Below, one piece after another: positions 10,690 to 22,850 of a stretch of 64,000 bases of DNA (position 1 is its first letter; each line of letters begins with the position of its first letter). Both the position numbers and the translations under genes were made by a program. A model generated the notes under the pieces. That model was not told the DNA's origin, made no database searches, and saw nothing but the letters and a program-made list of their open reading frames with translations. This DNA is from Neophaeotheca triangularis (Eukaryota): positions 124,001 through 188,000 of the forward strand of contig BAAIJX010000019.1 in assembly GCA_054600435.1 (NCBI GenBank), in the 5' to 3' direction.

Positions 10690-13145
10690 TTAGAAGTGAC
10701 ATCGCGGCCTTGATGATATAGGCAGCCTACACCAAAAGTCAGCAGCGAATTTATCTAGCTCGGAATGAGACAATGACCCCCCTTCTCCGCCATGGCATAC
10801 ACGGTACTCGAAGTATGGCTCCCAATAGCCATGGGCTGCACACTCGCATCCACAACTCTCAACCCTTGAACTCCATAGACTTTCAAAGAAGGATCCACGA
10901 CCCCGCCAAGCTCCCTCGGCATCATGGACAGCGAACTGGTAGGGTGCGCCCAAGTGCCCCTCGCGAAGCCCCTGAGCGCAGCTGAGATCTGCTCGTCCGT
11001 CGTGTAGTTTGCTCCGGGCACGAGCTCCGTGGGGCTGAGTTCTTGCATCGGGGCCGAGTTTAATCATTCGCGGGTCTTCTTGAGAGCGAGGATGGAGATT
11101 GCTTCGTCGGCTGGGTGTTGGAAAGTGCCGTAGTTGAAAACTGGTGGGGCGGATGGGGCGGTGCTGTTGATTGTGATGACGCCGCGAGAGAGGGGGCGGA
11201 GGATGGCGACGGGGATGGTGTTGCTGCCTGCCCATGCGATTTTCATGGCTGTGGCGTGCGGGGAGTTATAGAGGTCGAGGGTCAGATTGGTTTGGGCTTC
11301 AAAGCCGGCGAGGATGGTGGCGTCGATGCCTTCGCCGAGGACAGCCTGCAGTACTGATGTAGTGTTGACAGCGGCGGCGGATCTGATGACTTCTTTGTAG
11401 TCGTCGGTGGTGTTTTGCAAGGGCAAGAAGGCGACGCAACTCCCGCCGAAGTAAGGTATGGTGAGTGGACCTGCTATGATATTAGACTTGTTTTGCCCTG
11501 GGCCAGGCATCGCAGTCACCTGTTCTAGACTCGTAGTACTCCTCAAGGCTGTCTGCAAGCCAGCTCTCGTTGGTAAAGTACCAGCTTGGTGTCGGAAATG
11601 GGTAATTGGTGACTTGGAAGACCATGATCGTCAGTATACTGTCTCGTGCATCGTCCCATGAAGTACCGAGGAAGTCAAGGGTTGCATGCTTACAGTTAGA
11701 CTCCATGAAAAACGAAGGCTGGATAGACGTCAGTAGAATCACTCGATATCAACATCCCGTACTCACTTGATCCTGCCAATTTCCCCCACGCCGGGTAGAT
11801 CTTCGACAACATCAACGCCGTACTTGGAGAGCAGCGATTTTGGTCCGACTCCAGATAGTTGAAGGATCTGCGGACTGTACAAGGCACCCGCGGCAAGTAT
11901 AACCTCTTTGCAACCCTTGATCGTGCTTGTGCGGTTCAACTCGCGGTTCAAGTACTACAAAGTCCTGTCAGTCGCTGATATGCTTGGAGCGTCGAAGCTA
12001 GAACCAGGGATACCCACCTCAACCGAGCTGGCTCTTTTGTTCTCATCGAAAAGGATTCTAAACACCGCTGAGCCGGTCAACAGATGCAAATTTGGCCTCA
12101 TATCCGCAATGGGCCGGTAGTACGCAGCTGAAGCATGATCTCTCGACTGGTCTCTGCCTTTGATCGACGCTGGGCCATAGATGACACCATTGGCATCACC
12201 GGCGTTTGGTTGCGGCTGCGTTAAAAGTCCAATGCCGTTCCAGCCACGGAAGAAATGCTCTTTAAATAGCATCAATCAGCATTGGGGTGGTGCAACGAGG
12301 GACGCGCATATCACACACGGAAAACTGGATACTGGAAGTTCGAGAAGCTGGAGCCGACCGGGCCTTCAGTGCCGTGAGGCCCAAGATCCTCTGAGATGAC
12401 ACCGGGGAAGGCGTCCGCCATCTCTTCTGCTGGTGGGTTGAAATTCCCGCTCTGAAGATGAAGTGTCAGGGTGACGAGATAGACTGGGCCGTGGTTGCGA
12501 GTAGCTGACCTTCTTGAAGTAGGGTAGCAAAGACTCCCATCCCCATCCTGGATTGCCAAACTTCTCCCAAGCATCATAGTCCAAGGCAGAGCCGCGGTTG
12601 AAGAACTGGCCGTTGATAACGGTGGCTACCCATAACGGCGCTTAGTGCCAGGCATAATGTGATGACCCTTCAAGCAGAGAATGGCTTACCTCCCCCAACT
12701 ACAGCACCGCTAAAGACCGGCGTTGTACGACCGTCAAGCCAGGGCTGGGGGACACTCTCATAGTTGCGTTCATACTCTGTGGAGACCGCCAGGCCTGGCA
12801 CGAGCGTGCCATTCTCTTGACCATCGCTATCACTTGTTGTTAGCGAGATAAGGTATTCCGAGAAGCTTCGATCAACGCAGCCTAGGCTCCTTACAGATAG
12901 CCGTACTCAATCACAAGCACGGCGGCTGAGGTGATGTCAAGTTAGAAGGGCTGAAAGCGGCTGCTGCGATGCGATTAAAGCTTACTCTTCGGATCCTCGG
13001 TGAGGCCATTGGCGACAACGAGACCGCTGGTGCCTCCCCCAATCACCACATAATCGTATTCTGGGAGGATGTTGGCGGCATTGTCGAAGACGGCAGCGCG
13101 GTGGGTAAGAGCGTACGATGTACATGCATGCATGTTCTGCAGCAT
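10690..13145 (-). pseudogene. GMC oxidoreductase pseudogene (multi-exon; ends approximate)
   Basis: YDYVVIGGGTSGLVVA FAD motif, [32 protein letters not shown]...GGVVDPSLKVYGVQGLRVVDAS; in-frame TGA at 11064-11066, 1-nt frameshift near 11780-11787, and last donor apparently GG rather than GT near 10781. Confidence 0.85.
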
Positions 13146-13858
13146 GCAATAACAAAAATAGCAATCCGTCGATCGAGCACCCGAAATATTATCACATATA
13201 GTCGCACAATCCCAACGAAACACCTGCAGCCTTCATTAATATTGCAATGGGAAGTAAATAAAAAAGATAGACTTCGCGGAGCTGCCACCGTAGCCTCGTC
13301 GATCGGCAAAGTCAGAAATCGTCGCTTTTTAGCCCGTTTACAAGACTCAAGTAAGTTGCTTGCTTGACGTAGAAGCTTTACAAGAGAGGTGACGGACGGT
13401 GGCTCCTACCACGACCTATCTACTCTTGGTGGGAAATCATTATCGGGAAGTGTAGAGAAGCATGGAGGTAAACTACGTTTTTAGTCGTAGAGGATGTGTT
13501 CTAATCTTAGCAGTCCTTGTTCGAGAGCTAAGACATCCCCGAGCATGCTTGTTAAGGTAGGTAGCACCGGGGTGGGGTGTACGACGTCTGTGGAGAGGAG
13601 GCTCTCGACATGTGGAGGCAATACGACAAAGGGTCCGTAATGGTGGAGTCGGGCCTTCACCGTTTCGTCAGACGCAGGGTGTGCGGACACTGCAGAGTAT
13701 ATAGCTGTCTACTAGTTATATTAACAAGGCGAGACCTTGGACGAAAAGATTTCCGAAATCCAGATTGCCTGCCTGATAAGCTTCGCTCATCAGCACTTCT
13801 TCCACCAGCCTACCCAGCAAAAACAGATCGTAGACTGCCACCGACAACGAAAACAAAA

Positions 13859-14493
13859 ATGCACTTCTTCACCACCGTCGCCCCGGTCGCCCTCCTCACC
13901 GCCTCAGCGAACGCGCTCGTCGCTCGCAGCGACACATCAAACTCTACCGCGCAGCCCTCTTCAAATTTCACCATCCACGCCCGCTGCGCCACCGAGACCG
14001 ACTTCACCAACTCGCCCGGCTACCTGCACGCCGAATACTCCTACCCACCAGGCTACTTCGCGACCTTCGTGGCTAAAGAAGATGCCATAGTCGGACACCT
14101 CACCGACACCCAAAACGCCAGCAACAGCGCCCTCGACTTCGATCGTGACGGCTTCACCAACTATGGCTTCAAGCTGTACCCTCTGACGGAAGAGTATACG
14201 CAAGGCTTGACGCACATATTCGCCGGGCAAGAGGGGACGCAGGGCATGTTTGTTGATGGGGATGGTTTGTTGCAGTATCAGAATCCCGAGGGGAGGGAGA
14301 CGAGCTGGTATGTTTGTTTGAACGCGGTAAGTTTCCTCCTAGTATCGACAAGGTTGGTCTCTGGCTAATTTTTCCGCTGCAGCCGCTTGAGAGGAGCAGG
14401 GCCGATGCGCTGTACTACAAGTTTGCCGATGCTGCTATTGACGATTACGGCAATGAGTGCTATGATGTGGATCTTGTTGTTGAGTACGTCTGA
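13859..14493 (+). CDS. Small secreted protein (2 exons)
   Basis: Signal peptide MHFFTTVAPVALLTASANA; intron 14327-14382 (GTAAGT...CTAAT...CAG); ends WYVC...ECYDVDLVVEYV*. Confidence 0.75.
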
Positions 14494-14718
14494 GCGAGTA
14501 ATCGAGGTATTCGTTGAGGTGGTTTTGCTGCGTAGATCCGGTCTCTAGAATCTTAACTCCGGTGTGTAGGATCGGAATAGAATAGTCTAGATCTCTGCCT
14601 TCCTGTTGCTCGGTATAGGTAGGCGCATCTTGCCCGTAGAGCCCAGCCCTATACTACGGCGGTAGGGTTAGACCGTACTACGCGCCTACGTCGTAGGTAT
14701 AGTCGACGCTGATCCACT

Positions 14719-15447
14719 TCATCCGCTGTCAAAACTAGTCGCGTTCGACTGAACTTCGAGTTCCCGCAGCTCATCACGAGCTTGTTCGATCCACGTCTCA
14801 AACATCATCTCACCAGCCTTGACAGCCCTCACAGGCACAGCAGTTGTTCCAGTGCCAAGCTCGCCATCCCGTGCGACGCCCTTTCCCTTGTCAGGCTGAG
14901 CAGGAATCCAAGCCTGGGGATGACCAATCGGTGGCTCGCCATCCTCCTTCAGCTCAATAGCAACAGTAAAACTGCAACCAACCGGCAACGGTTTGAGCGT
15001 AGACCCGCAGTTTGCGAGCCTGCTCATTGTAGCTCGAAATTGCTCTTCGAGGTCCACAGTAGACAACACGTCGTCCACCACCCCTCCTCGCTCGTCCAGA
15101 CGCCGGAGAGGCACATCGTGCTCGCCAGCCGGCACCTCGGGGAATTGTGATACGTCGAACATGAAGCGCTCGAGAGGTTTGTTCTGTTGGCTGTACATGA
15201 CCACCGCTATTCTTTCCACCGTGCCTTTGAGAAGTTCATTCTCAACTGCTGCTACCGCGTCGCTGATCCATTCGCACACCTTGGGGTGTCGCGACTGGCG
15301 GACTGCGTAATTGTATTTTCGAGCGGAAAGGAACGACGTCTGTGGGTAGATTGCGCGTTCGTAGAGGATTGTGTGGATGGCGACGACGAGAAAGTCGGTG
15401 AAGGCGGTGATGAAGTTACGGTAGGTCGGCGAGTCGTCGGCCATCAT
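14719..15447 (-). CDS. rev7: DNA polymerase zeta accessory subunit Rev7 (HORMA domain)
   Basis: FTDFLVVAIHTILYERAIYPQTSFLSARKYNYAVRQSRHPKVCEWI...PLERFMFD. Confidence 0.9.
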   Translation of the reverse strand: MMADDSPTYRNFITAFTDFLVVAIHTILYERAIYPQTSFLSARKYNYAVRQSRHPKVCEWISDAVAAVENELLKGTVERIAVVMYSQQNKPLERFMFDVSQFPEVPAGEHDVPLRRLDERGGVVDDVLSTVDLEEQFRATMSRLANCGSTLKPLPVGCSFTVAIELKEDGEPPIGHPQAWIPAQPDKGKGVARDGELGTGTTAVPVRAVKAGEMMFETWIEQARDELRELEVQSNATSFDSG

Positions 15448-15916
15448 GGTCCTTGCTACATCTTGATGTTGATGTCCGCCAAAAGTAAAAGGGATGTCTG
15501 CTATCAGGCGACGCGATTGCTGGAGCAAAAGTCTTGGCACAGGCGCGTGACGCGAGGTCCCGTGACGTCTTTGCTACCTATCTCGAATTTGGCCTGGCAA
15601 GTGAACTCCCTTCTTACAACCTTGGTTATTTTGATACCATTCACAATTTGCCGCTTCACAATAGCAGCATAGCGTTGAAGCGTTCATTGACGAAAATCTT
15701 CTTCCTTCCGCTGTAAGGGCCTCTTCCGAATCCCCAGAAACCCCGCCAAGGCGCAGGAAAATCGACACCGACACGAGTGAGGGCTCTCCAACATATCTGC
15801 CATCATCCACGCGATCACAGTCTCAAAAAAAGTGACTGCAGGTGAAGGTTCAAAGTCGTATGCTCTACTAGATCAACTTGCTTTTAGGCACTAGCAGCCA
15901 AAAGCCGACCGCCACG

Positions 15917-18900
15917 ATGGATGAGCTAGTGCGCCTACTCACCGAGACGCAATCCGCGCAAGAAGGTCCCAGAAAGAATGCGGAATGGCAACTCAAACAA
16001 CAGTATGCGAACCCGGACTTCCCTCTTGGTCTCCTCCATGTCGGTGCTGAAGGTGGTTTACCTCTCCCGGTCCGTCAGGCTGCCCTTCTCTACCTCAAAA
16101 CATTTGTGCTCGCCTGCTGGAGCGAACAATTCGATGAGTTCACCGGCCAATTGTACGCCCATGCGGAGAAAAAGCTCCAAGTCAGGCACGGCCTGCTTGA
16201 GCTTGCGCTGAGCGAGCAAGGTGAGAGAAAGATCCAAAGTGCAGCCAGCCTTGTGGTCAGCAAGATTGCCACAGCAGACTTCCCCGATCAATGGCCAGAC
16301 TTGATGCCAAAACTGCTCAATGTGATCAACAGTGGGTCGGATGCGCAAACTCAAGGCGCTCTCAGAGTCTTGTTGGAAATCGTAGATGGCTGCCTTGTGG
16401 AGGAGACCTTTTTCCAGGCTGCCAGGGGTGTCGTCAACGCAGTGTACGGCGTGGCAACCAACGATGAGCGCGATGCACACGTCCGCGCTCTTGCAGTGTC
16501 AGTATTCAGATCGACGTTCGATACGCTCGAGATGATCATGGATGACAACAAAGCGCAAGTTAAGGCTTTTGCTGATGAGGCCTTGAAGGCTTGGCTACCA
16601 TTGTTGACAACCATCGTCAAATCGCCACTTCCACCTGCACCATCGCACGAGGAAGAGCAGCAAGAGTCAGGCGGGCCAAAGTCATACCGTGGTAGAGTGG
16701 CGCTGAAGATGCAAACAGTCAAGGTTTTGATGCGGATAAGGACACTCTTCCCCCAAGTCTTGTCACCCCACAGCCCCGAGCTGTTCTCCGCCACATGGCA
16801 GGAGCTGTCTACGCTGCAGGAGCAATATCACACAATGTACATTCTGGACGATCGACAAGGCCGACTGATCGATGCAGATGGCCTAGCGTACACTCTCGAT
16901 TTCCTTGTGCTCGAAGAGCTGGACTTTATGCAAGCGTGTTTGCGCGCACCACCCGTACGCAGAGAGCTTGAGCAGCAGCTTCAAGCACAGACTAACTGGG
17001 TGTCCGAAGTCATGAAGGTTGCTGTGGCGTACGCGCAGATCACAACCGAGGAGGAAGGCATGTGGGACATTGATGTCAACGTCTTCTTGTCCGAAGAGGC
17101 CAACGTCACCGCAAATTACACACCTCGTACTGCTTGTGGTGATCTGGTCATCAAGTTGGGAGAATGGCTGAACTCAGGCGCTGTCGAGGGATTGCTCTCG
17201 TACACAAGGTCACTCTACTCTCAGAACACCAGCTGGAAGGCAAAAGAGGCCGCTCTTTATCTTCTGAATCAGCTTTTGAGCGATTTCCAAGATGTCGAGA
17301 AGCAGATCGGCGCAGAGGCAGCGACTGGCTATGTGGACTTCATCAAGCACGCCATGTCGGAAGAGGCCGACTTTTTGAGAGCTCGCGGTTTTCTTGTGGC
17401 AGGAAGCTTGACGCGTACGTCTGGAGACGCTCTCATGCCGGTCGCAGTTTCATTTTTCGAAGCCACTCTGGCCGCTATTGGCAATGACACCTCCGAGGTG
17501 GTCAAGGTGGCCTGCATCCGCGCACTGCAGTACTACCTGACCATCCTTCCGCCTTCGACTACAATACAACTTCAACCAACGATGATAGGCTCCCTTCACC
17601 ATTTCGTCAACACACAAGATCTAGGGGATGCAGCGGACAGCGATGATCTTCTCATCACTATCATCGAGACGTTACGTGATACCATCATGCTCGATGTCCA
17701 GAACGGTCTTACTAGCGGTGGCGTCGATTTGCTGTTTTCAGTAGCCAGCAAAGGCGCCAACAACTTTCAAATCGCTCTCCTTGTCACCGAAACCTTCGAA
17801 GACCTCGCAAGCGTGCTCTCTGCCAGGGGTCCAGAAGCCTACGCTCAGCTGGCCCTCAAGGTGTTGCCATCTCTCATGGGCGCGTTCGACGTTGCTAGCA
17901 TGACAGAAGAGGACGGTCTCGCAAACCTTGCAGCGGAGTTGCTTTCAGTACTGGCTGCAGAAGCCCCCAGCCCGATGCCATCGGACTTCGTTGGAACCGT
18001 AATGCCACGCCTAAATCGCCTGCTGCTCAGCTCCAGCGATGAAGAGTTGCTCAAGTCAGCAACATCCGCCGTCAAACACATGGTTGAGAAAGACCCCGAG
18101 CAAGTCTTCGGTTGGCAAGACGAGACGGGCAAGCCCGGTTTGGAAGTTGTCCTCATCATCATTGACCGCTTGCTAAACCCCGCCGTTGAGGACAGTGGGG
18201 CTGCAGAGGTGGGAGGTTTAGCTGCCGCTGTTGTCGAAAAGGCCGGCTCAGAGAAACTGGGACCTTACCTCATGCAACTGCTTCGCGCCGTCGCCGTCCG
18301 CCTCTCAACCGCGGTCCAGGCCCAATTTATTCAAAGTCTTATCCTAGTTTTTGCCCGCCTCTCCCTCATCTCAGCCCACGAAGTCGTCTCCTTCCTCGCG
18401 GAGGTGCAAATCGGCTCTCAGAGTGGCCTCGAAGTCGTCATCGGCAAGTGGCTGGAAAACAGCATCAACTTCGCCGGCTACGACGAGATCAAGCAAAAGT
18501 ATGATGGCACTTTCTACGTCATCTCCAACGCTGAGCTAACACTCACCAGTATCATCGCTCTCTCCCGCCTCTGGGAGCTCCATGACCCCCGTCTCGCCAA
18601 CATCCAAGTCAAAGGCGACATCATCATGCCCCAAAGCGACCGCATCATGACGCGCTCTCGCGCCCGCCAGCAGCCAGAACAACACACGACTATCCCCGCG
18701 CAACTCAAAATCATCAAAGTCCTCGTGGAAGAGCTTCTCGCCCCCACCTCCAACGACGCCGCACGCTCAGCCGCGAACGGCCTCACTGCCGCCGGCGACG
18801 ACTATGCCGACGACGACGCTGACGGAGACGATTGGGAAGACGACCCCAGCGATTTCCAGGATCTCGGAACGGGCATGAGTAAAGCGCAGCTGATGGCTTA

Positions 18901-19069
18901 TGGCGCCGACGACGGCCCCGGTGGTTCTGGGTCCAGAGGCATCGATGACGAGACGCAGGCGTTTTTGGTGGAGTTTTTCGTGAAGAAAGGGCAGGAGCCG
19001 GGGTTTGGGGAGGTTTTTGCTGCGTTGAATCCTAGTGAGCAGGAAAAGTTGAGGGCTATGGGGGGTTAG
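15917..19069 (+). CDS. kap114: Importin-9 / Kap114 karyopherin
   Basis: IBN_N-type N-terminus (RQAALLYLK, KIATADFPDQWPDL), HEAT repeats, IQVKGDII...RIMTRSRARQ motif and acidic loop; 51-nt intron at 18499-18549. Confidence 0.85.
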   Translation: MDELVRLLTETQSAQEGPRKNAEWQLKQQYANPDFPLGLLHVGAEGGLPLPVRQAALLYLKTFVLACWSEQFDEFTGQLYAHAEKKLQVRHGLLELALSEQGERKIQSAASLVVSKIATADFPDQWPDLMPKLLNVINSGSDAQTQGALRVLLEIVDGCLVEETFFQAARGVVNAVYGVATNDERDAHVRALAVSVFRSTFDTLEMIMDDNKAQVKAFADEALKAWLPLLTTIVKSPLPPAPSHEEEQQESGGPKSYRGRVALKMQTVKVLMRIRTLFPQVLSPHSPELFSATWQELSTLQEQYHTMYILDDRQGRLIDADGLAYTLDFLVLEELDFMQACLRAPPVRRELEQQLQAQTNWVSEVMKVAVAYAQITTEEEGMWDIDVNVFLSEEANVTANYTPRTACGDLVIKLGEWLNSGAVEGLLSYTRSLYSQNTSWKAKEAALYLLNQLLSDFQDVEKQIGAEAATGYVDFIKHAMSEEADFLRARGFLVAGSLTRTSGDALMPVAVSFFEATLAAIGNDTSEVVKVACIRALQYYLTILPPSTTIQLQPTMIGSLHHFVNTQDLGDAADSDDLLITIIETLRDTIMLDVQNGLTSGGVDLLFSVASKGANNFQIALLVTETFEDLASVLSARGPEAYAQLALKVLPSLMGAFDVASMTEEDGLANLAAELLSVLAAEAPSPMPSDFVGTVMPRLNRLLLSSSDEELLKSATSAVKHMVEKDPEQVFGWQDETGKPGLEVVLIIIDRLLNPAVEDSGAAEVGGLAAAVVEKAGSEKLGPYLMQLLRAVAVRLSTAVQAQFIQSLILVFARLSLISAHEVVSFLAEVQIGSQSGLEVVIGKWLENSINFAGYDEIKQKYDGTFYVISNAELTLTSIIALSRLWELHDPRLANIQVKGDIIMPQSDRIMTRSRARQQPEQHTTIPAQLKIIKVLVEELLAPTSNDAARSAANGLTAAGDDYADDDADGDDWEDDPSDFQDLGTGMSKAQLMAYGADDGPGGSGSRGIDDETQAFLVEFFVKKGQEPGFGEVFAALNPSEQEKLRAMGG

Positions 19070-19946
19070 GTTAGGGGAACGCGGTGGTGTGCTGCCGAGG
19101 GGTGAAGTGAGAGTGCTGGTTTGGCGGACGGAGCATGAGGTGAGGTACTCTAACGGGTACTGGTGGTTTTGTTACGATGACTGTGGGCTAGGTAGATATC
19201 TGGTCACAAGTGTCCTTTGAACCACAAGGCAAATGGAGTTTCCCTGAGGACTTTGAGGTCTCTCATTTGCAGCCTTTGTAGGAGGCTTTCAAGCCATGTA
19301 GTTTCCTGTTCTTCACAATTCCGAATCACTCCGTGGTTGGATTGCGTGTCTCAATACCAACTTCAATTCAATCTTCCCCACCGACATTTCCATTTCAGTC
19401 CCTATCAGGGATTATACCCTGCCGCATCTCGTTTCGACTAGTACATCTTTTATTAATTCCCCTTGAATTTCTTGCCGGTTACACCCCTGGCACACCGAGG
19501 ATCCGAAGCTCGAACACCCCGGTGACCGGATCGCTGCGTCGATCTCCCGTGAAGGCTCGAACAGGTGGCACGGGTAGCGGACGCTGTATTCAGGTGCTGC
19601 GGTAGAAGCAGAAGCTGGGACGGTGGTAACGGTGAGCGAGACTGTAGGTGCTGCATTAGTGGCGGAGGCCGCGATGGCGGCGTGGGCTTTGTAGATGCTG
19701 CTGATGGGTGTGATTGAAGAAATCTTCTCATGTGATACGTGCAGCACATGTGTCGCCTTACCTCTAGCACCACCACCTGCGGAAACGATGGCCCGTAAGT
19801 CGAAATGTTGATTATGCGATGCACTATATACCTCATGCCGATCCTAAAGTCAATGGCCTCGTAACGCTAACCAAACAACAAAAGCGCCACGAAATACAAA
19901 ACCCCCCCATCAACACGCCTCAAACCCCTGGGAATAAGTCCTCTCC

Positions 19947-22850
19947 CTACAACCTCGCATCCACCCCCCAGCCCCTACCACTCCTAGCGCTCTCCCACTC
20001 AACCCCCGGCCACACATGCCCCAGCGCCTCCCACACACTCCCTACACACGCAATCTCCAGCCCCTCCTTGACCTCCGCGCTGACCTCCTTCAAATCCCTG
20101 CGATTCTGATTCGGCAGCAAAACCTTCTTTACCCCCGCCCTCAGCGCCCCGATTAACTTCTCCCGAATGCCACCCACGGGCATAACCTTCCCCCTGAGCG
20201 AAACCTCGCCAGTCATGGCGAGACTCGGCGGGACGGCGCGGCCGGAAAACAGCGAGATGAGGGCAATCGTGTGAGCCAAGCCAGCCGAGGGGCCGTCTTT
20301 GGGAACGGCGCCGGAGGGACAGTGCACGTGGATGGCGCGATTCTTCATCACGTCTTCGGTGGGGTCAGAAGAGACTCCCAACTCGAAAGCGTGCGCTTTG
20401 ACCCAGCTGAGGGCGACTTCAACGCTTTCCTTCAGCACGTCGCCGAGTTTACCTGTCAGTTGCACGCGCCCTGTGCCTGGCATATCGGCGATTTCGATGA
20501 AGAGGATGCTACCCTGAGCGCCGGACGAGTAGGCGACGAGGCCCGTGACGACGCCGGGTTGGGCTGAGGTGGCGGCGAGTTCTTCCTCAAAACGCTCGGG
20601 GCCGAGGATCTCTTCCAGGTCGGGAATGGTTAGAGAGGGGTTGTAGGGTGTTGGGGTTGTAGTGTTCGAGGCGTCGCTGGATTCGGAGTACTCGACCGCT
20701 TTGTGCCGGCAGAGAGCGCCAAGTTCGCGTTCGAGGTTGCGCACGCCGGCTTCACGGGTGTAAGAGGTGATGACTTTGTCAAGGACGTCTTCGGGAAGGG
20801 AGAGGTTCTCTGGAGCTAGGCCGTTGGTGGTGATTTGTTTGGGCAGTAGGTGCCGGGACGCGATGGCGCGCTTTTCGAGCGTTGTGTAGCCGCTTAGCTG
20901 AATGGTTTCCATTCTGTCGAGGAGTGGAGCGGGGATCGTGTCCAAGGAGTTTGCGGTAGCGATGAAGATCACCTTGCTCAGGTCTAGCGGTATGTTCACG
21001 TAGTGGTCGACGAAGGTGTGGTTTTGTTCTGGGTCGAGAACTTCGAGCATGGCGGCAGAAGGGTCGCCGTGATGGCCGGCCATGCCGAGTTTGTCGATTT
21101 CGTCGAGCAGGAAGACGGGGTTCGAGACTTCGACCTTCTTCAGGCCCGAGACGATGAGACCTGGCATGGCTGCCACGTAAGTACGGCGATGGCCACGGAT
21201 CTCGGCCTCGTCGCGAACACCTCCCAGAGAAATCCGATGAAACTTGCGGCCGAGCGCCGTTGCTACCGATTTGGCAAGAGACGTCTTACCAGTACCCGGA
21301 GGACCGACTAGTAGAAGGATGGGGGATTTGTCGACCATCTTCTTGCGTTGCAGCAGTTGTTTTTCCTGGCTGCTTGGCTTGCGGGGTGAGATGTTCTCTT
21401 CAGCCTCCTTTTGCTTATTGATTTGTTCAGCCGAGCGCTGGGGATCGTACTCCTCCTTCTTCTCGCGAGGTTCTTGCTCTGCTACTTGCTGCTCCGGCTC
21501 CTTTTGCGCTTTTTCAGCATCCTCAATCTTCTTGATCTGACCGTCGAGATCGGCATTGACACCTTGCTTAAGCTTGAGCACGGCTAAATACTCCAACAGT
21601 CTCTTCTTGATCTTCTCGAGGCCGTAGTGATCGTCGTCGAGTTGCTTCCTCGCATTTGCCAAAGTTTCTCGATTGAGGTTGTCCTCTGTAAACTTGCTCC
21701 ACGGGATCTCGGCCAGGTTCTCAAGATAGTTTCGCACCACTTGATGCTCGGCCTGCATAGGTGGGATATCGCCCAGGCGCTTCAACTCCTTGTCCACGAC
21801 CTTCTGTGCCTCAGGTGGGAGTTTCGCCTCATCAAGCCTCTTTTTGAGCTGCGCAACCTCGTTTTCCTCTTCGTCCTCGCCTTGACCAGCATTGCCACCC
21901 GGCGGGCCATTAGGGGGCTGACCGCCACCACGTTGACCCTGACCCATCATCCTTCTAATCCTCGGATCCTGCCTCAACTTGTTCAAAGTCTCAATATCCA
22001 AATTGCCACCCCTCCTCTCATTCTGCGGCACATTCGTAATAGTCAGAATCCGCCCATTCCCATTGATATTCCCAATACTCTTCTGCAGCACCTCGACAAC
22101 CTTACCCAACCTCTCCTTCACATCCAACGCAGCCAGAATCCTCAACCGATCCTCATGAGCACAATCTATGATACTAATCATGAAATCCGCCAACATGCCA
22201 GCCTCCTGCAGGTCCTTCCTCGCAATATACAGCTGCAACCTCCGAGCAAAAATGCCGCTCAAATTCTCCGAAGGCTGTCGCGACAACTGCGCCGCCAGTC
22301 TCACCATCGTAACCAGCTCTGCGGACCGCTGCCGTAGCGTCGCGAACACGTTCATCGCTTCCTCATCATTTTCCCGCAGCGGCGCATCCTCGTGCACCGT
22401 GACTCGCGCCTCGAAGTACATGCGGTCCCGGAGGATCTTCTCGACTCGGAATCGGCTCAGCCCTTTCACAACGAGGGCGCCGCCTTCCTTGCCGGCGGAG
22501 CCTTGCACTTCCATGACGCGGGCGATGGTACCATAACTGAAAAGATCGGGGCGGCGGGCTTCGCTAGGGTTGGTCGGTTGGGTGGTGGCTGCTTTGTCGT
22601 TGCCGTTGGAGGGGTCTGAGTCACCGGATTCGAGGAGCTGATTGCCGTCTGGACTTAGGTATGGGCTGTTGAGAGGGATGCAGCCGACGGAGAGTGCGGC
22701 GTTGGCGTTTTGTTGGTAGTGGTGGTAGATGAGAGCGCTGACATCCGGGCGACCGGCGACGGGGATGCGGGTGGTCACGCCTGGGAGGAGGACGACGCCG
22801 TAAGGGAGGGGGATGAGAGGGATAGTTCGAGTGTGAGGTGAGGGTGCCAT
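19947..22850 (-). CDS. lon2: Peroxisomal Lon protease (LONP2-type)
   Basis: LON N-domain, Walker A GPPGTGKTS, catalytic PKDGPSAG, and C-terminal PTS1-like ARL. Confidence 0.93.
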   Translation of the reverse strand: MAPSPHTRTIPLIPLPYGVVLLPGVTTRIPVAGRPDVSALIYHHYQQNANAALSVGCIPLNSPYLSPDGNQLLESGDSDPSNGNDKAATTQPTNPSEARRPDLFSYGTIARVMEVQGSAGKEGGALVVKGLSRFRVEKILRDRMYFEARVTVHEDAPLRENDEEAMNVFATLRQRSAELVTMVRLAAQLSRQPSENLSGIFARRLQLYIARKDLQEAGMLADFMISIIDCAHEDRLRILAALDVKERLGKVVEVLQKSIGNINGNGRILTITNVPQNERRGGNLDIETLNKLRQDPRIRRMMGQGQRGGGQPPNGPPGGNAGQGEDEEENEVAQLKKRLDEAKLPPEAQKVVDKELKRLGDIPPMQAEHQVVRNYLENLAEIPWSKFTEDNLNRETLANARKQLDDDHYGLEKIKKRLLEYLAVLKLKQGVNADLDGQIKKIEDAEKAQKEPEQQVAEQEPREKKEEYDPQRSAEQINKQKEAEENISPRKPSSQEKQLLQRKKMVDKSPILLLVGPPGTGKTSLAKSVATALGRKFHRISLGGVRDEAEIRGHRRTYVAAMPGLIVSGLKKVEVSNPVFLLDEIDKLGMAGHHGDPSAAMLEVLDPEQNHTFVDHYVNIPLDLSKVIFIATANSLDTIPAPLLDRMETIQLSGYTTLEKRAIASRHLLPKQITTNGLAPENLSLPEDVLDKVITSYTREAGVRNLERELGALCRHKAVEYSESSDASNTTTPTPYNPSLTIPDLEEILGPERFEEELAATSAQPGVVTGLVAYSSGAQGSILFIEIADMPGTGRVQLTGKLGDVLKESVEVALSWVKAHAFELGVSSDPTEDVMKNRAIHVHCPSGAVPKDGPSAGLAHTIALISLFSGRAVPPSLAMTGEVSLRGKVMPVGGIREKLIGALRAGVKKVLLPNQNRRDLKEVSAEVKEGLEIACVGSVWEALGHVWPGVEWESARSGRGWGVDARL

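Noticed and set aside
11064..11066. In-frame TGA in the GMC gene as an A-to-I editing or readthrough site
   Set aside because: The same gene also has a frameshift and a damaged splice donor, so pseudogenisation is the simpler explanation
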